Of a DNA stretch of 64,000 nt, positions 26,191 through 39,947 are shown in pieces; the first letter of the stretch is position 1, and each line of letters begins with the position of its first letter. The stretch spans positions 124,001-188,000 of the forward strand of contig NMRA01000427.1 in assembly GCA_002633005.1 (NCBI GenBank), written 5' to 3'. The stretch is from Phoronis australis. Its lineage: Eukaryota; Animalia; Phoronida. A program made the translations under genes and the position numbers. The notes below the pieces were generated by a model that was given only the letters and a program-made list of their open reading frames with translations, was not told the origin of the DNA and did not search any database.

Positions 26191-28068
26191 CAAGCAAGAT
26201 TCTTTGAAGGGCAATTAGAGGTCTGTTGCCCCACATGTAAACTTCCAGTAAGGAGGCTCTGGAAAGACTCAATGTCTTTGATGGCATCCCTCCTCCCTGT
26301 GACAGATTTGAGGTTCCTGAAAAAATGAGATGGTAAGAACAATAAGCGAGTGTAATGGCAACACTTATACAGTTAAAAAAAAACATATTAGCAGAAATTA
26401 ACTGGGTTTTGTGCTATACTGTAACTCGATATCATGAACTTTTTAAATGGCCAAAGAATTCCTGAAATGCATCGGTTTGTATTTCTTTGCATGTACATGT
26501 AGGCCGGTAAATAGGAATTCCTTCCTGGCAATTTGCTGATTAAGTTTTGTAACTTGAGGGACTTTGATATCTTCGGTCTAAAGTATGCGATTGTTGCTAC
26601 AGTGTACATGTACATGTTTATGCAGAGCCTAAATGAGCAAGGGTTGCGAATAACGTTTCCTGTTTTCTCAGTATTTTTATCAAATAAAGTCTTCAAAGGT
26701 GCGAAGTTCGATGTACGTAAAGTGGTGAAGTCCCGTTGGTAATTTTGCAAATACGTTTAAAGCAGGCAAAGATAAAAATAGCTTTAATTTTTGCATAAAG
26801 TTTTTGCGTGAGTATTAAATTTACTGTGGCCGGTGTTAAGTGCGCGTTCTGCATTATTATTAATGTGTAGCAATTGTTTTAAAAAACCTAGACGCAAGCG
26901 CCATTGAGGGTATGTGGTGTAATAAAGTGCAGTAAAACGAGGAAAATCAGTTGAGTTAAATTAGCTAAAAATTAAAATCACGGTTTTATAGCGGTAATTA
27001 GTGTAACATGAGATTATCCACTATTGTAATCACAATGCCCGCTGCTCACAATGTCAATGGGGGAAAACGCTTTGTTTTGGTTCACAGTACAGATATGCCT
27101 CTATTTCGCTACCCAAAAAGGAACAACGTGCAATTGAAATAATCGAGCAGCAATTGAAAAAGTACTTGTCTCGAAAAAGAATAATGAATTCTGACTAGAT
27201 AGCCTCGGTAAAAACACTAAAATAGGCTACAGGTAAGACTATAACACTAGATTTATGTGGAACATGTTGATAGTTCCACATATGCAAAATGCTGTTGACT
27301 ACTTCCGCCATCTGTGTTCGCTAAGAACAAAACAGTAAATGCTACAATGGAAATCATAACATCCAAACGTGACATTTTGCTCCCAAGAATTAGGCTGCGT
27401 TGTTTTCTAAGAAATTTGCATCTGTAGCTCCCATGAATGAAAATATATTTATTCAGAAATACCTCACGTGTTTAAATAAGACATGCGGGTTACGGGAGAT
27501 GGAACTCTTCAAATGAGGGATCTCGTCAGCAAGTCGCGCTGATGGTTACTACAGTACATCCGGTTCTCTGCAATGAGGCGCACCCTATCGGTGACAAATT
27601 TATCTCCTCATACTTAGCCTTTCAATGATATTGGCCAAAATAACAGTCTTAAATTCAAGATTTGAGGCGACTCTGTTTTGCTTTCTTATTTTATTTTTCA
27701 ATAATATCATGACTATTCTGGACAAAATCATTCTCGGACTGCTTAGTATAATCGTTTGCATCATTCTAACGACGGCTCCTAAACTGAGGCTCCCACAAAT
27801 TGAGCTAATGCTGACGTTCCTAAATGTAATTACTGTAGTTCCCTTTAAATACATGTGGAATGATATAGCTTGTGGTGTGTTGTACGGACAAATCGGTGCT
27901 TAATTGGAAATCACGATTCAAGAAATGTGAATCGGAAAATTGTGGTAGTGCCTTGTTGGTGTGCATTTTTGTAGCTTGTTGGCTTTATAACTAGAGTGAC
28001 CTTTTCCGCTACAGATGTCAAACTGCCCAGGTCGCATATAACTGTACTCTGTCTTTAAAACATTAATT

Positions 28069-28200
28069 GGAGGAGGCAGTGTGGCCTGGTTGATAAGTGC
28101 CCGCTTTCGTTACTCGAGGTCGTGGGTTCAAGTCCCACCAGGTCACACTGCTAAACCCTTGAGCCAGGTTGCTAGCTCCTCAGCTAGGTTTTAACCATAT
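28069..28200 (+). mobile_element. tRNA-derived SINE head
   Basis: A-box tggcctggttga and B-box ggttcaagtcc at tRNA spacing, followed by cccttgagccagg. No complete cloverleaf. Confidence 0.7.
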
Positions 28201-30312
28201 ACAACTGTATTAATAAAGCATAAAAATATTTCCAGGTGATCAGTGCAATGGGCCCACATGCGAGGCCTGTGCACGTCTGGTACAACGTGTATCAGACCGC
28301 CTGAAATTATTTGTTTTTCCTAACATTAATGACACTGTAGAGAGAAAACTTTGTTCTCAATGATGTTGACGAGGCTAAAAATCTTTCACAGTCCGTCATA
28401 TTCTTTTTTTAGTAAAGCTAACCAATGACTGCCGAGGTTACATCAATCAGTGACAAAACGCGTGCTGAGTGCACAATGCAGAGCATCCGTCGGGCACTAG
28501 CACCGCAACTGTACACTGCTGCCGTGCTAATCATTATTTTATATCTAAATTAGTTTGCCATTGGTCATTCTGGTCAGAATAAAGCTTTACTTTCAATGCA
28601 AAGATGAACAACATCAATGGTTAATCAGGCGCGAGGAAACGTAATTCCATTTTCTTTTCTTAGAAGTGTGTTAGCCGGACCATATATTTTAAAAGTTAGG
28701 TCGCTCACAAACCGTGAACTCTTCTATCAATGAAAATGAATTCGGGATGGGGGAGTTCACGCGTCTTCCCATGTAAGTGGATATGAGAGTATGAGAGTAA
28801 GATCACTTAAGATCAAATGAATATTCCTCTAAGGATTTCGACTAAATTGTCAAAAGGTTGCAATTGGGACCGTTACAAAGACGGGAATTCTTTTTGCAGA
28901 AACTACCTGCATGTACAGTAAATTTTAGACCGCACTTAAAATTGTCGATAATGCCAGCAACATTAGAGTAATATGCATGGTGCGACACATTTTCGCAAAT
29001 TCCATTCCACAGGTTCAGTTTTCCTATTGTTAGTTAACCCTCACGACAACTGAAAAACAAGTATTCATATATTAATTGCAATGTTAGCTTAACAGACAAT
29101 TGCCGATATAATATTACTTTCACCGATCACGCCGGCATCGCGAAGCCGACATTCGGTGGATAGTAACTAAGTTCATGATTAATTTGCATGTTTCTGTGTC
29201 CAAACAACCGCTCAAACAGGAAACTGATGTCATAAACTTATTATCAAGAGATACTTCCGCCGTTTATTCGTTGTTTATAGAAAAAAATAGAATTTTTCTA
29301 TCGGTTCCCTGTGGAAAACTATATAAAAATTGACTAATTTAGTCCACCTACTTTCCCGTGCGTATGCGCTAGTACGCATACCCAACAGGAAACCAAGGTC
29401 ACGTGTATTTTTAAAGATTACTATTTCAACACCTGAGGAGGTGATCAGGAAAATGGATATTCTGCACACGTGTAATGCTTCAGTTTCGTAGTTCTTTCAT
29501 TTCATTAAAAATAACGTTTTAAGAAGTTTTGACACCCATCAAGACACGAATCCATGTGACTGAATCAGTACAATTCGAGTACACTACCGTTATGTTTTTC
29601 CCAAGAGACATGATATGAGCACTTCGCATGTATTGTTATAATCTGTGATAATCTCATTGAACACTGACTACAACATAGTTCAACACAAAGCTACATGTAT
29701 GCACTAAGCTCCTTACTAATTGTGAAATACGTGTTATGCACGGTTACTCGAGATGTAGTAATGTTTTTTGAATGTGCAAGCATGTGACAATTTTAACCAC
29801 AAAAATCATGTGAAGACTTGTCCGTTGACTATCATCAGGCCTAGTGTTTTCACAAGAAAGAGCAACCGGAACCTCAGTTCCGTCGTAAGTACAGACATGT
29901 GGATATTTTATTTTGCACAAAACCAATCAACAAAATTGCTGGTTACCAATCAAGGGGTGATTTCTTCAAAGTTGGAGTATTAAAAATGTCACACGTACGT
30001 TGCTAAAAATGTGCACAATAAATCAAATTAAAGTGAAGCCCTTAAAGGGCAAGCACATGTACACATGTACTGTAAAAGTGCTGAAAGCGTTTGGCCCGGG
30101 ATACAGAAATAAGCCGCAATCTGTAGGCATTGTGGCTCTATATCTTTTTTCCATCTCGGCAACTTTGATTGCTTCTTACCGCTTGGGATTAAAATAGCCA
30201 AAGACCACAACGCTTGCATTTTATGACCGACCTACTTTGTTTGGAGATTAGCGAACAGAAATGACTGTCAGAGACAACCGCTACCTGTTCGTGGCAACAT
30301 TCTACCCCGACC

Positions 30313-30390
30313 ATGTAATCACTGGACAAAACAAGGTAAATGGTGATTTTTTAAAACCACCATTTACCTTGTTTTGACCATTGACTACAT
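30313..30390. repeat. Near-perfect 78-bp palindrome
   Basis: atgtaatcactggacaaaacaaggtaaatggtg-attttttaaaac-caccatttaccttgttttgaccattgactacat. Confidence 0.9.
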
Positions 30391-33311
30391 TAAAAGCACT
30401 TTAAAGCTAAATTGTTCATTGAACATTGAACATGTTCTTTGCCGGAGCGTATCCTGCCCCAGAATTCGCTTATTTACTATGACTTCATTTTGACGTTTTG
30501 GAGGCAGTCAAATAAAACTAATATGTAAATATGAAAAATATAATAAGAATTAGGTCTGATTTACGTATATCTATCACTGTAACCTACGAAGGATTTGAAA
30601 AAACCATTACCCGTTTAATCTTAATCCATCTTAACTCCTCGACAGCATACAATGAGTGTAACTGTTATCGGAGCACATAATTTTGTAAAAACTTCAAATG
30701 CTAAATTGCCCCCAGGGTTACCTGAATCCAAAATTAAGCCAAGATTTTCAACAGTTTTGAAAATGTGATATGACTGAGCATTTCATTCTTAATTGTGGGT
30801 CCAAATTGCGTCATAACAGTGGGAGACCTTAATTGTGCATACTAATGCACAATAGAGCTCTTATCTGAGTGATCTTTAAGGGAAATTATCGAATTTATCG
30901 CCAAAAAACGCATTTTGAGTTCATTTTTTGGAATTTAGTTTATCAAAGAACTGGTTCGATAAGCATAAAAATTACTTTACCAACTGCACCTGTGAGATGT
31001 TTTGTAATAAACATTCTTTGTTTGCATTATTTTACATCACTTTGCAGTCTCAATGTTACGACTTGTAGAACAGTAATCTTATTAATATTTATTTATTTCG
31101 TTTTCATTGAAGTTATCATTTATAATTTTACCAGGTTCCTGTTTATAGAAACAGGGCTCAGGGGTAACCTGTACTTTTATCTCTGACTTGGTTGCAGTGT
31201 ATTTGAAATTTGTTATATGGCACATGTAGCTAATGGATATTTTTTGGACAAAGTACTTTGGAAAGTCACGGACTGTTGACTGGATGGTGTCAATGGACAG
31301 GTGACGACACTGTCTCATCACCGAGTCGGCATATCAAGAACTGTCAGACAATATGTCGAGGATATCGACGACATTCCGTGAGTCCGCTCAAAATTCGATA
31401 CAGTTACAAGAAAGCAGCAAGAATGAAAAAATGATATTAGAGCAATTTATGGTCACTTGTAACAGTGTCATGTTTTTTCGTTTGAAAATAGCCGCTTTTG
31501 GTTACATTTCGTCAAACATCAGTGAAGTAATACACGCTATGTTAGGAGGTCCATGTGAATGGGGTGCGGGGAAAGACTCGACTTTCCCAGAATTCGCCTT
31601 TTTAGACATGCAAGGAACCATAAAAGATACAATTATACCCAACGGCATACAACCATACTGAGGTGGCATTGATTCAGTTCCACACAGAGGGAACGTAAAC
31701 AATACATGCAGTTGTTTTACAGGAACATGCCACAGGTGCTGCAGTTGTCACAATGTGACAAAGTGGTGAAGAATTTATGAACAAAAAAACTGAGAATCGT
31801 GTAGTGCACTGGTCCGTTTGAAGTCGCTAAGGAGATTATACCCTCTCTCAGGTTCTTAACTTGTTCATAGCAAAGGAGATAATTGCCATAAGTCATGTAC
31901 TTTATTTGGATTACTTAGATAATCTCACGTCTGTCATGTTTGTTGATCTGAACTCATACGTTTCAACGACTCAATACGAAGATCTTCTCGGATAAGACTT
32001 GAACAAACTGACATGTGTTTACACGTATATTTCAAAGCAACAAAATCGGTGGGATCGATACTGTTTTTTGAGTTGTTTACTGCCGGATAGGCCATAATTA
32101 AACCGTGATAAGGACAGTACTTGAAGTACAATTTCCCTATGCATTAAATAATTTCAACTAAATTAGAGGAATGGACATACTGACAATACTTAGGATGATC
32201 TGTCACCCGGGTCCTTTTGCGTGAAAATCCGGAACCTTGAAGATTCATCGCAAGAATGCAGAACTAGCGCAATTATAGGGTTTGTTCACTTAAATAAAAA
32301 TCTTACGGAAATAACTCCGCTAACTGGAGTCACATGAATGATGTGCAAGAAACTTATAGATTTGCCAGCCGGAACCACTAGGTAGAGTAGCTATCACGCC
32401 ATCTAGTCTCAAAGCATAGAACCAGACATACATGTACGCTGCTTTTCCAGAAGTATATCTCACACGTAAAGAAAACGTCATGCAATGGCCAGCTTACTAC
32501 GCGTGAGGTGACATCGTAAAAGTGCTAGGAAATCACAACAAAAACAAAATACCAAATCTGCAGATTCAAAGGAATATAACGAGGTGAGTAGCCTAATTTT
32601 CATTATACAGGGAAAGGGTCGGTTTTTCAAATGCAATTGTTCATGTGGCGTAATTGAAGTTATACCTGAAACCAACACGTTTAAATACTTATACCATACG
32701 TGTTGAATCTGTCGAGGGAAATACGGCCATGTGATTTAGTTTTCCGTATTCACCTCCCGCACTACTTCAACAGTGACCTCTGACACGGAAAGTTCAAAAG
32801 GTAGGTCAATGCCGACTCGACGTCGTTTGTCAGCTGGATCACCAAACTTTCGGAAAAATAGTTTAAAGTAATACAATTATAGCAGTGCAAATAACGCTCA
32901 ACATACAATCAGGTCTCAATCGTAACATATCTGGAACAGGACCGTTAATTATATGACAGTTCTGTCTCAGTTATCATTTGCTAAATATTTTATCGTCTGC
33001 AACTCAGGCGCCGAATCTTCCAGTAACTACAATGTCAAATTGTTGTCATTTAACTATTTTCTGGAGATGTTACAAGTTCAATGAAAAATTACCCTTCTTT
33101 TCGTCGTTGTTATCTCTTTTCAAGTAATAAATCGTCACATTTAAAACTGTAAGAGTAAACTTGCAGCCTAACGCGCAAGTACATACATGTACAAGTAGGA
33201 CGTGATCCGCCAAGTGAACAGTCTGAGTCAAGTATTTAGAATATCTGCCGAAGAAATGACAGAAACTTAGAAACTCGAAGAGTATGGGATAAATACAAGA
33301 CGTACCTCTAT

Positions 33312-33414
33312 TGGCGTACATGAAGTAATACCCCACTCCCGCGTATCGATCGAGACCGAAGGTCGAGGTCGATACGCGGAATAATGTCTTGTGGATATAA
33401 CTTCATGTACGCCA
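33312..33414. repeat. Nested hairpin with gaccgaaggtc apex
   Basis: Outer arms tggcgtacatgaagtaata / tataacttcatgtacgcca; inner arms ccgcgtatcgatc / ggtcgatacgcgg. Confidence 0.85.
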
Positions 33415-35599
33415 CTCTCGGTTCATTTTGTGTATATATAACGGACTAAAGAGATCGTCACCGAATAGGCTTATGCAGCGTTTTCCACGGGCCTAAAGCG
33501 GCTTGTGAGATCGCGAATGTATGTGTACATTTAAAGCCGTAATTCGCTCTGGCTAGAAAAGAACGTCGAAATTTTTACCTTTTGTGTGTTGAAACTAGCC
33601 CCACAATATTCTTTATCGTGATAGGATTCTATTTTTTTACCAACAAGAAACCATCAGCAACTCAGGAAAACACAGGGTTAATTGGATTTGGCCAACTCTG
33701 AAGTTTCGAATCCGAACCTGGTGCCTGTAGCTGACGCATTGCCAATGAATTCAGTTGCCGCAACATTCTGCAACAACATTTGGTGAGCGAGATTATGCTG
33801 TCTAAACCGCAGCGGGCGTGTGATACCTACATGTATTGGACTTTGTCAGATAAGCGGAAGCGAAATTTCTCTTTTAGATTATTTAATGTAAAATCAGTGG
33901 TCAAAAACTAAATTTTGATTTAGACCACTTGCCGCTTAAAAGCTTCTGCGCACAACATAGAATATGTGGGCCTGGAGGAATTGACGGCTCGTTATGGTTT
34001 AAACTCTGGAGGGACAAAAAATTGATTTTGCCACGACACCAAGCTTGATCAAAGCCTCAAGCACGAACTACCATTTTTCCAAGCTTGGGTGCAAACTTGT
34101 ATGAAAACAACGAAGTTATCCAGAATTCCGGATATCTTGTAATAAATAAATGATTTAACATACTGTCATTGTGCCATCACTTTTGGCAATTTGTTGTGCT
34201 CAAAGTTGTGAAATAAATGTGCATGTAAATGCCAGTGGGTTGAAGAAAAGGGGAAAATAGATGGCGCTTTAAAGTTTCACAAAGCTCAAAATTAAGGTAC
34301 ATGTTCGTTTCACAAGTTTAATTGGCATTTCGCCGCATTATCAATGTTGAAATTTTAATCTAATCGTTTTGCACTCAAAAACATTGACACGTTCACTGTT
34401 ACCTGAATTGTTGCTTAATGAGACGGCAACTCACGCCACCCCACAAGCAATGCGTGCATGCAGTAATTTTGATTTCGCAATTTTATTGTCAGTTAACGCC
34501 AATAATTATATTGCATTTGATATAGCGCTGACGATTTTAATGTTCTTGTTGGACGATTATGAGGCGGATCTTAATAGCTTTAGTTCTTTTTTTTGATTTT
34601 TGTCAGCTAAATGGTGTCCGAATCCAGCTGAAAATGCATAATAACAGACGAGGGGCAATATTTTCCCGCCGGTAACCAAGACAGTTTACTCAAGTACAGA
34701 TAATTGTATTCCGCTCATTGTTTACTTACAAGATATCCCAAAGCTTAGTCTTGGTCCAAAGCTGTATAACTATACAGTTTTGCACCAATGTCGGTAAAAA
34801 AAATGAAATAAAATATGTTAGAACATTAATGTCGTTAAACATCACTCTCTTATTTGTGTAAGGTTACTTTGAACCGGTGTTCGAAATTGCCGCTCTAACG
34901 TTATTATGCCCCAGAATTTGTGGAGAGATCCTGCGTGAAATAGAGCCCCACCTATTGGCAAGTTGTGGTAACCAATTCTTTAACCAACTGCACTTGTTTT
35001 CTCTTCTTCAAAAACTTTTAGAAGAAGAGAGAACAAGTGCGGGTTGAGCAATTTTGCTTCGGCAGTAACAGTTATAAACTCCCAAAAGATATGTCGCAGA
35101 CTAACAGGAGCGTGAGCATGTTACAAGCATACTGTTTTGAAGAAGACGACAAACTTTTCTCTTATAAAGTAATATCCCACGAGACAATATTCTGCATATC
35201 AACCGAGACTGAAATTTTCCTTCCAGTTTTAAGTATTCAACAAGTCGTTCCCCAATAACGTTAGCTAGTGGTGGCAGAACGCTTTGAACAGGTGACTCGT
35301 GTCTCCCTCTGGACAAGAAATGATTCGTTCTGCGTTAAACAGACTTGAATACCATTATGCATATTATAAATGATAACCTACATGACCATCATCTAATCAA
35401 ACTCGTTCTCTCGTAATACTTGACCAAGAATAACATTTGACAAGCCATCAGTTGATGTAAGATGCGAAATACATGTATGTTTTCAAAAACTGATATTCAA
35501 ACCACAAAAATTTGAAAATTTGCGAGCCAAATTGACTTACGATATCATTTGCTCAGGCCAGTTTAATACAGTGTAGATTTGAATGGAGGAAGGTGTACA

Positions 35600-36180
35600 C
35601 AACAACATATGTATTTTTCTCTTACTAACTTGGCAATGACATTTCCATTCATAAGAAACCTAATTTAGACATAATTTTAATAATATTTCGGCTCTGTGTT
35701 CCTGTGGAGATACCCAGACATATCCTCATATTTTCTTTGCTTGTGAGGTATGCAAGGAGGAGAGGGTACAGCTCTTCCAGGCACTCGAACAATACCCCAA
35801 TGTTTATAAAAAATACTCTGAAATTCCGCAATTGTACAACAAAATTAATTTCTTTCTATATGGATGTCAAGAACTTAACTCAAACGAAAATATGGTTTTA
35901 TTTCAAATAGTATCAGAATTTCTTTATAACATTAAATCTCTTTGTGTGAGTGGATAGAATTTTATACATCTGTATGAAAATAAATTATTTTCATTCGTTG
36001 TCATATATCATTGTATTCTTAACATCAGTTTTTTTATTTATGTATTTATGTATTTGTATATAATCATTGTATATAGACTTCTTTGTATTTTTTTACCAGA
36101 TCTAATACCTCTTGGCGCTTTCTGGGTTATGTATATTCATTGTATTCTGAAGATTTCGTAATAAACATTAAAAAAAAAAT
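35600..36180 (+). mobile_element. 5'-truncated non-LTR retrotransposon (LINE) 3' end
   Basis: 35664-35957 reads FRHNFNNISALCSCGDTQTYPHIFFACEVCKEERVQL...FLYGCQELNSNENMVLFQIVSEFL (CCHC-type ORF2 C-terminus). Followed by an AT-rich 3'UTR, aataaa and an A-tail near 36170-36179. Confidence 0.8.
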
Positions 36181-37088
36181 AAGAAACCTAACAATAATTC
36201 TCATAGCAGAAATATCGCCCACCCTGTTTGCAGTCCACTTGTCCTTGACAGACAGTGTCTGCCTGTTTCAAGGCAACTGAAAGTTTGCGTCTTGTCCTTG
36301 TTTCTAGAAAGTCCCACATTAATAATTGGATAAATGGTAAATACATGTAGCTGTTGCACACAATATCGTGTTCCTTGTTTTCTAGGTTGTCCTGACGGTG
36401 TCATTGCCTCTGGTCCTCTTGGTTCTAACAGGCAGGTAACTAGCTTTCTTCGTGTTGTCAACTCTTGATTAAATGGCACTACCTTAGACCTACCACTTAC
36501 CAAGTCAAGAAATATGCAAGTTTTATTAGCGTAACCATAAATTATTTTCCTTGTCCCCCAACGACCAGTTGCAACTGCTGACAACTGAAATTTAGCGATC
36601 AACGTTAAGAACGTTTTATTTGTCTTACTTTTTGTCCCCCAATTCTCTCGTCCTTTGATATACTTTGTGACAAAAAATATCACTTCGTATGACGTGCCCC
36701 AGTGCTGACTTGTCAGACAGCTACGTAGAAATAAAAGCGGCCATTTTCGGTTATGCTTAAGGCAATGGGAACTGATATTTTTAGTCGAATATGAACTGAT
36801 TAAAGAAATATCAAATATTAAATAATAAACATGCACTTGGATTGATTAGATTTTCGTAATTTCGAAAGTGAGCTATTTTAATGCTTAAAAATTAAACACA
36901 AACGAGGCCTGACAATTTAAATTGGCGTGATCGCATTTGATTGATAGTTCATTTGAAAAAAGCTGTCTCATATAGTTCTAATTGAGTTGATGAGTAAGCA
37001 GCGTTGTGAGTCGGTAACAAATAGTGCCACGTGGCCAGAACTTGAGTCAAGTGCAGATAACCGGTTCTCCAGCTTTATTAATTTACAG

Positions 37089-37487
37089 GCTTTATTGTTC
37101 CGGACGTGACCTCACTGCATATAGACGTGGAGAATGGCATTTTCGTGTTCCATGGCACCGTTCGATTGACAGAAGGTGAGACGTACTCAATCACGTGCAC
37201 TACAGAGTCGTCAGATGAACCTTACAATTTGACTTTGACCAAGGAGTGTACATGTAGTAGAATAGTACACTCCTTGCTTTGACTTTACCCAACCACCAGA
37301 CTACGTCGACCTCAAGGACACCAACCGGAGATGACGGTTGAAGTAAATATCTCAAGCATCGGACCCAATTCGCAACGGATCCAATGCAGTGCTGAAAACA
37401 ACAGAAGTCCAAGTTTAACCAAAACTGTAGAATTATACTTACTACAAAATCCAAGGTACAGTCCATTATGTACCCCCACTACTGACG
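37089..37487 (+). pseudogene. Immunoglobulin-like domain exon with in-frame stop
   Basis: Acceptor tttacag|, phase 1. Reads ...VRLTEGETYSITCTTESSDEPYNLTLTKE...*...MTVEVNISSIGPNSQRIQCSAENNRSPSLTKTVELYL, with Ig B-strand and F-strand cysteines. TGA at 37280-37282; donor position uncertain. Confidence 0.6.
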
Positions 37488-38825
37488 GTGACATCCGTCG
37501 ATGACTTGATCTGAGTTGCTGGCTTCTTAAAACTGCTAAACCATTACAGCTATGGATATCCAGAATTATCAAATTTCACTTGATCAACTTTTACAGAAAC
37601 TTCTTACAAGGGTTGGACATGAGAGAAATGTTACCGAGCGTTCCCTTTGTGATTGTTTTATCAACTTAATTGGATCTGTTACAAAATAGAAGAATCAAAC
37701 AGCTTGAACAATAAATTTCTTTTCGATATCGTTTACCGCCGGTGACGCAATAATGGTGGAGATGGAAAGGAACGAAATGCCTCGGTGGATGGTGTTCCTG
37801 AAACCTGCGATTTATCAGACCAAACCGTATTCTAAAACATTCTTAACTTAATTTTCCCACATTTTTCTATCTCCTCAAGAAGTCAAGATGAAGGAAAAGA
37901 AACGCACGGATTTAGTTTAAAAGGATCCTAGGCTTGCATGCAAGCGGATTTTTGCAATTTTATCAATCACACGTTTCAAAATAATCTAGGCACACGAAGA
38001 ACTCTACCCGACTTTACCAATATTATTTTAATGTTTATTACGAGAGTGCAATGTACACTAGTAACTGTCAAACCCATAAAGCGCTGGAAACCATTATACA
38101 TTGAAGTAGCAATCTGTCAGAATAGTTTGGTTGTTTGGTCGAACATTTGTCAGAGTTTCATGTGACATTTTTGTGCTCAACCTTATTTATGTTTTAACTG
38201 AAAATTGAGCCGTAAGTTGGCTCTACCTTCACAACGTGTAGGAGCATCACCCCTCGGGATTTTGTCGACACTTAGAAAATGATGGTATTTTGTCACATTT
38301 ACTATACATTTGTCCCACGCTGAACGTTCAACACGCACTATTTGTGGTCAATCAACTTAAGCGGTATGTACTGAGGTTTCCGCGGAAGCCCACCCACTTT
38401 AAAAATATGGGTGAACACTCGGGGCTGAAAGTTACGAAATGTTGTTTCAACTGACGGCGTTTGTGTTCTCAGTTATTAAATTTAATTGAAAGGGTATCTT
38501 GAAAAGAAAGCATACGATTTTGGTAGGATAAATCTGTTGCGAATGAACAAAAAGTTCAAATGAGAGCTCTTTTGTTGATTTCCAAAGTTGGAAAGTCTTA
38601 CTTAAAAGGCCCTCTTTGTTAAATTGTTATTTCCGTACCCAATCTTTTCCTGCTTAGCTCGAACTAAATTGACACTCCCGACACTTCTAAGACGTTACCC
38701 TCCGCGCAAGCTTATGCTAAAGGTGGATTCGTTATGCCCTGCATATCGTCGAGCTACTTTAAAATTTTGGAAATAATTGAAATTTATTATGCCTTTTAAT
38801 CAGGGACCTTCGTTATTTTTCACAG

Positions 38826-39011
38826 CTGAGGGTAAATGGTAGTTCTGGAGCGAATGGTCTAACTGCAGCGCCCGCGCATGTGGACTGGGAGATCGGTCAA
38901 GAATGCGTTTGTGCAACAACCTGTCTGCTCAACACGGTGGCGCCGAATGTCCGGCGGCAGAAGGGGCTGAATGGGAAACCTGCCAACAGAATCGCAGTCT
39001 TGCTGCCAATG
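38826..39011 (+). pseudogene. Thrombospondin type-1 (TSP1) repeat exon with in-frame stop
   Basis: Bounded by tttttcacag| and |gtatgc; 186 nt, phase 1-1. Reads EGKW*FWSEWSNCSARACGLGDRSRMRLCNNLSAQHGGAECPAAEGAEWETC, the WxxWxxWxxCSxxCGxGxRxRxRxCNN..GG..C pattern. TAG at 38840-38842. Confidence 0.85.
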
Positions 39012-39325
39012 GTATGCCTTGCTGATTGATTGAAAGCAAGTAGTGGTCGAGTATACGACTGTCATTTTTTTCAAATTGCAAGTCAGATTCATTTTAGACT
39101 CAGAACGAGTGTCAAATGTTAGAAAACGCGTAAAAGTACTCCAACTAGCTGTCGGGACACAAGAATATACATGTACCTAGAGAGACAACTCAAAACATTA
39201 GAGTTCGTCGTGTTTGGCATATGTTGGGAATGGTTCTTGACAATGTCGTGTGAATCGGTTAAAAGGGGGAAGCTGTAATGGCCTGTGGCCTCGTGGTAGT
39301 TACTGTGATACTATTACATTATCTC

Positions 39326-39450
39326 CAGTGGCGGATCTAGGATACCACAAGGGGGGCCCAACATTTTGTCTGTAAACATTTGCTCAAAGCACGATTGTAG
39401 ATGTACATAGCACCCAATTGGGGGAGGTCGGGAGGGGGGGTTGCCCCCTC
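39326..39450 (+). repeat. Dispersed repeat copy closely matching 50730-50865
   Basis: Both read cagtggcggatctaggata(c/t)cacaagggggg...caacattttgtc...cacgattgtagatg...gggggaggtcgggagggggg. Confidence 0.8.
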
Positions 39451-39947
39451 ACCGGTTACGGAATATACATGTACATGTACCTCAGACAAGGTTATATGTA
39501 TGATAGGTGTGAATTCGAGCTCAACTGCAGGCATGAGTTCGACCAGTTGATCATTCAGGTAGGCGATCTAACTTGTGTAGCATACATGTTCGAACCCAGG
39601 GGGGACTCCGGGGGCTCGGCGAACGAGCTCCCTATTTTGGGAATTGGGCTAAAAGGTCCACCTAAATGAAACAAAAAGTCCGAGCAAACGAGACAAAAAG
39701 TCCGCAAAGACCACAGGAATTCGGTGCTGATGCAGAAGTCGCAGGTCTTTTTTAGTCCTCATAGATTTTCTCCGGTAAAACGTCCGCCTAACGAGAAAAT
39801 AGAGCCCCACTATACATGTACTTTAGGCTGGGTGCGCTTATGGCATAGGCGCGAAAACCTTGGGAAAATTCAAGAAATGCAAGACTCTAGTAGGTTTCCC
39901 TATTAATTTCTAGTGCCGCGCCTGATCACACTTGTTTCTTTCACAAG

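Noticed and set aside
28069-28145. Functional tRNA gene
   Set aside because: A and B boxes are present but the stems do not form a cloverleaf, and a SINE-like body follows.
36201-36836. Longest ORF in the track (211 aa, minus strand)
   Set aside because: No recognisable motifs or splice context; likely a chance ORF over repeat-derived sequence.
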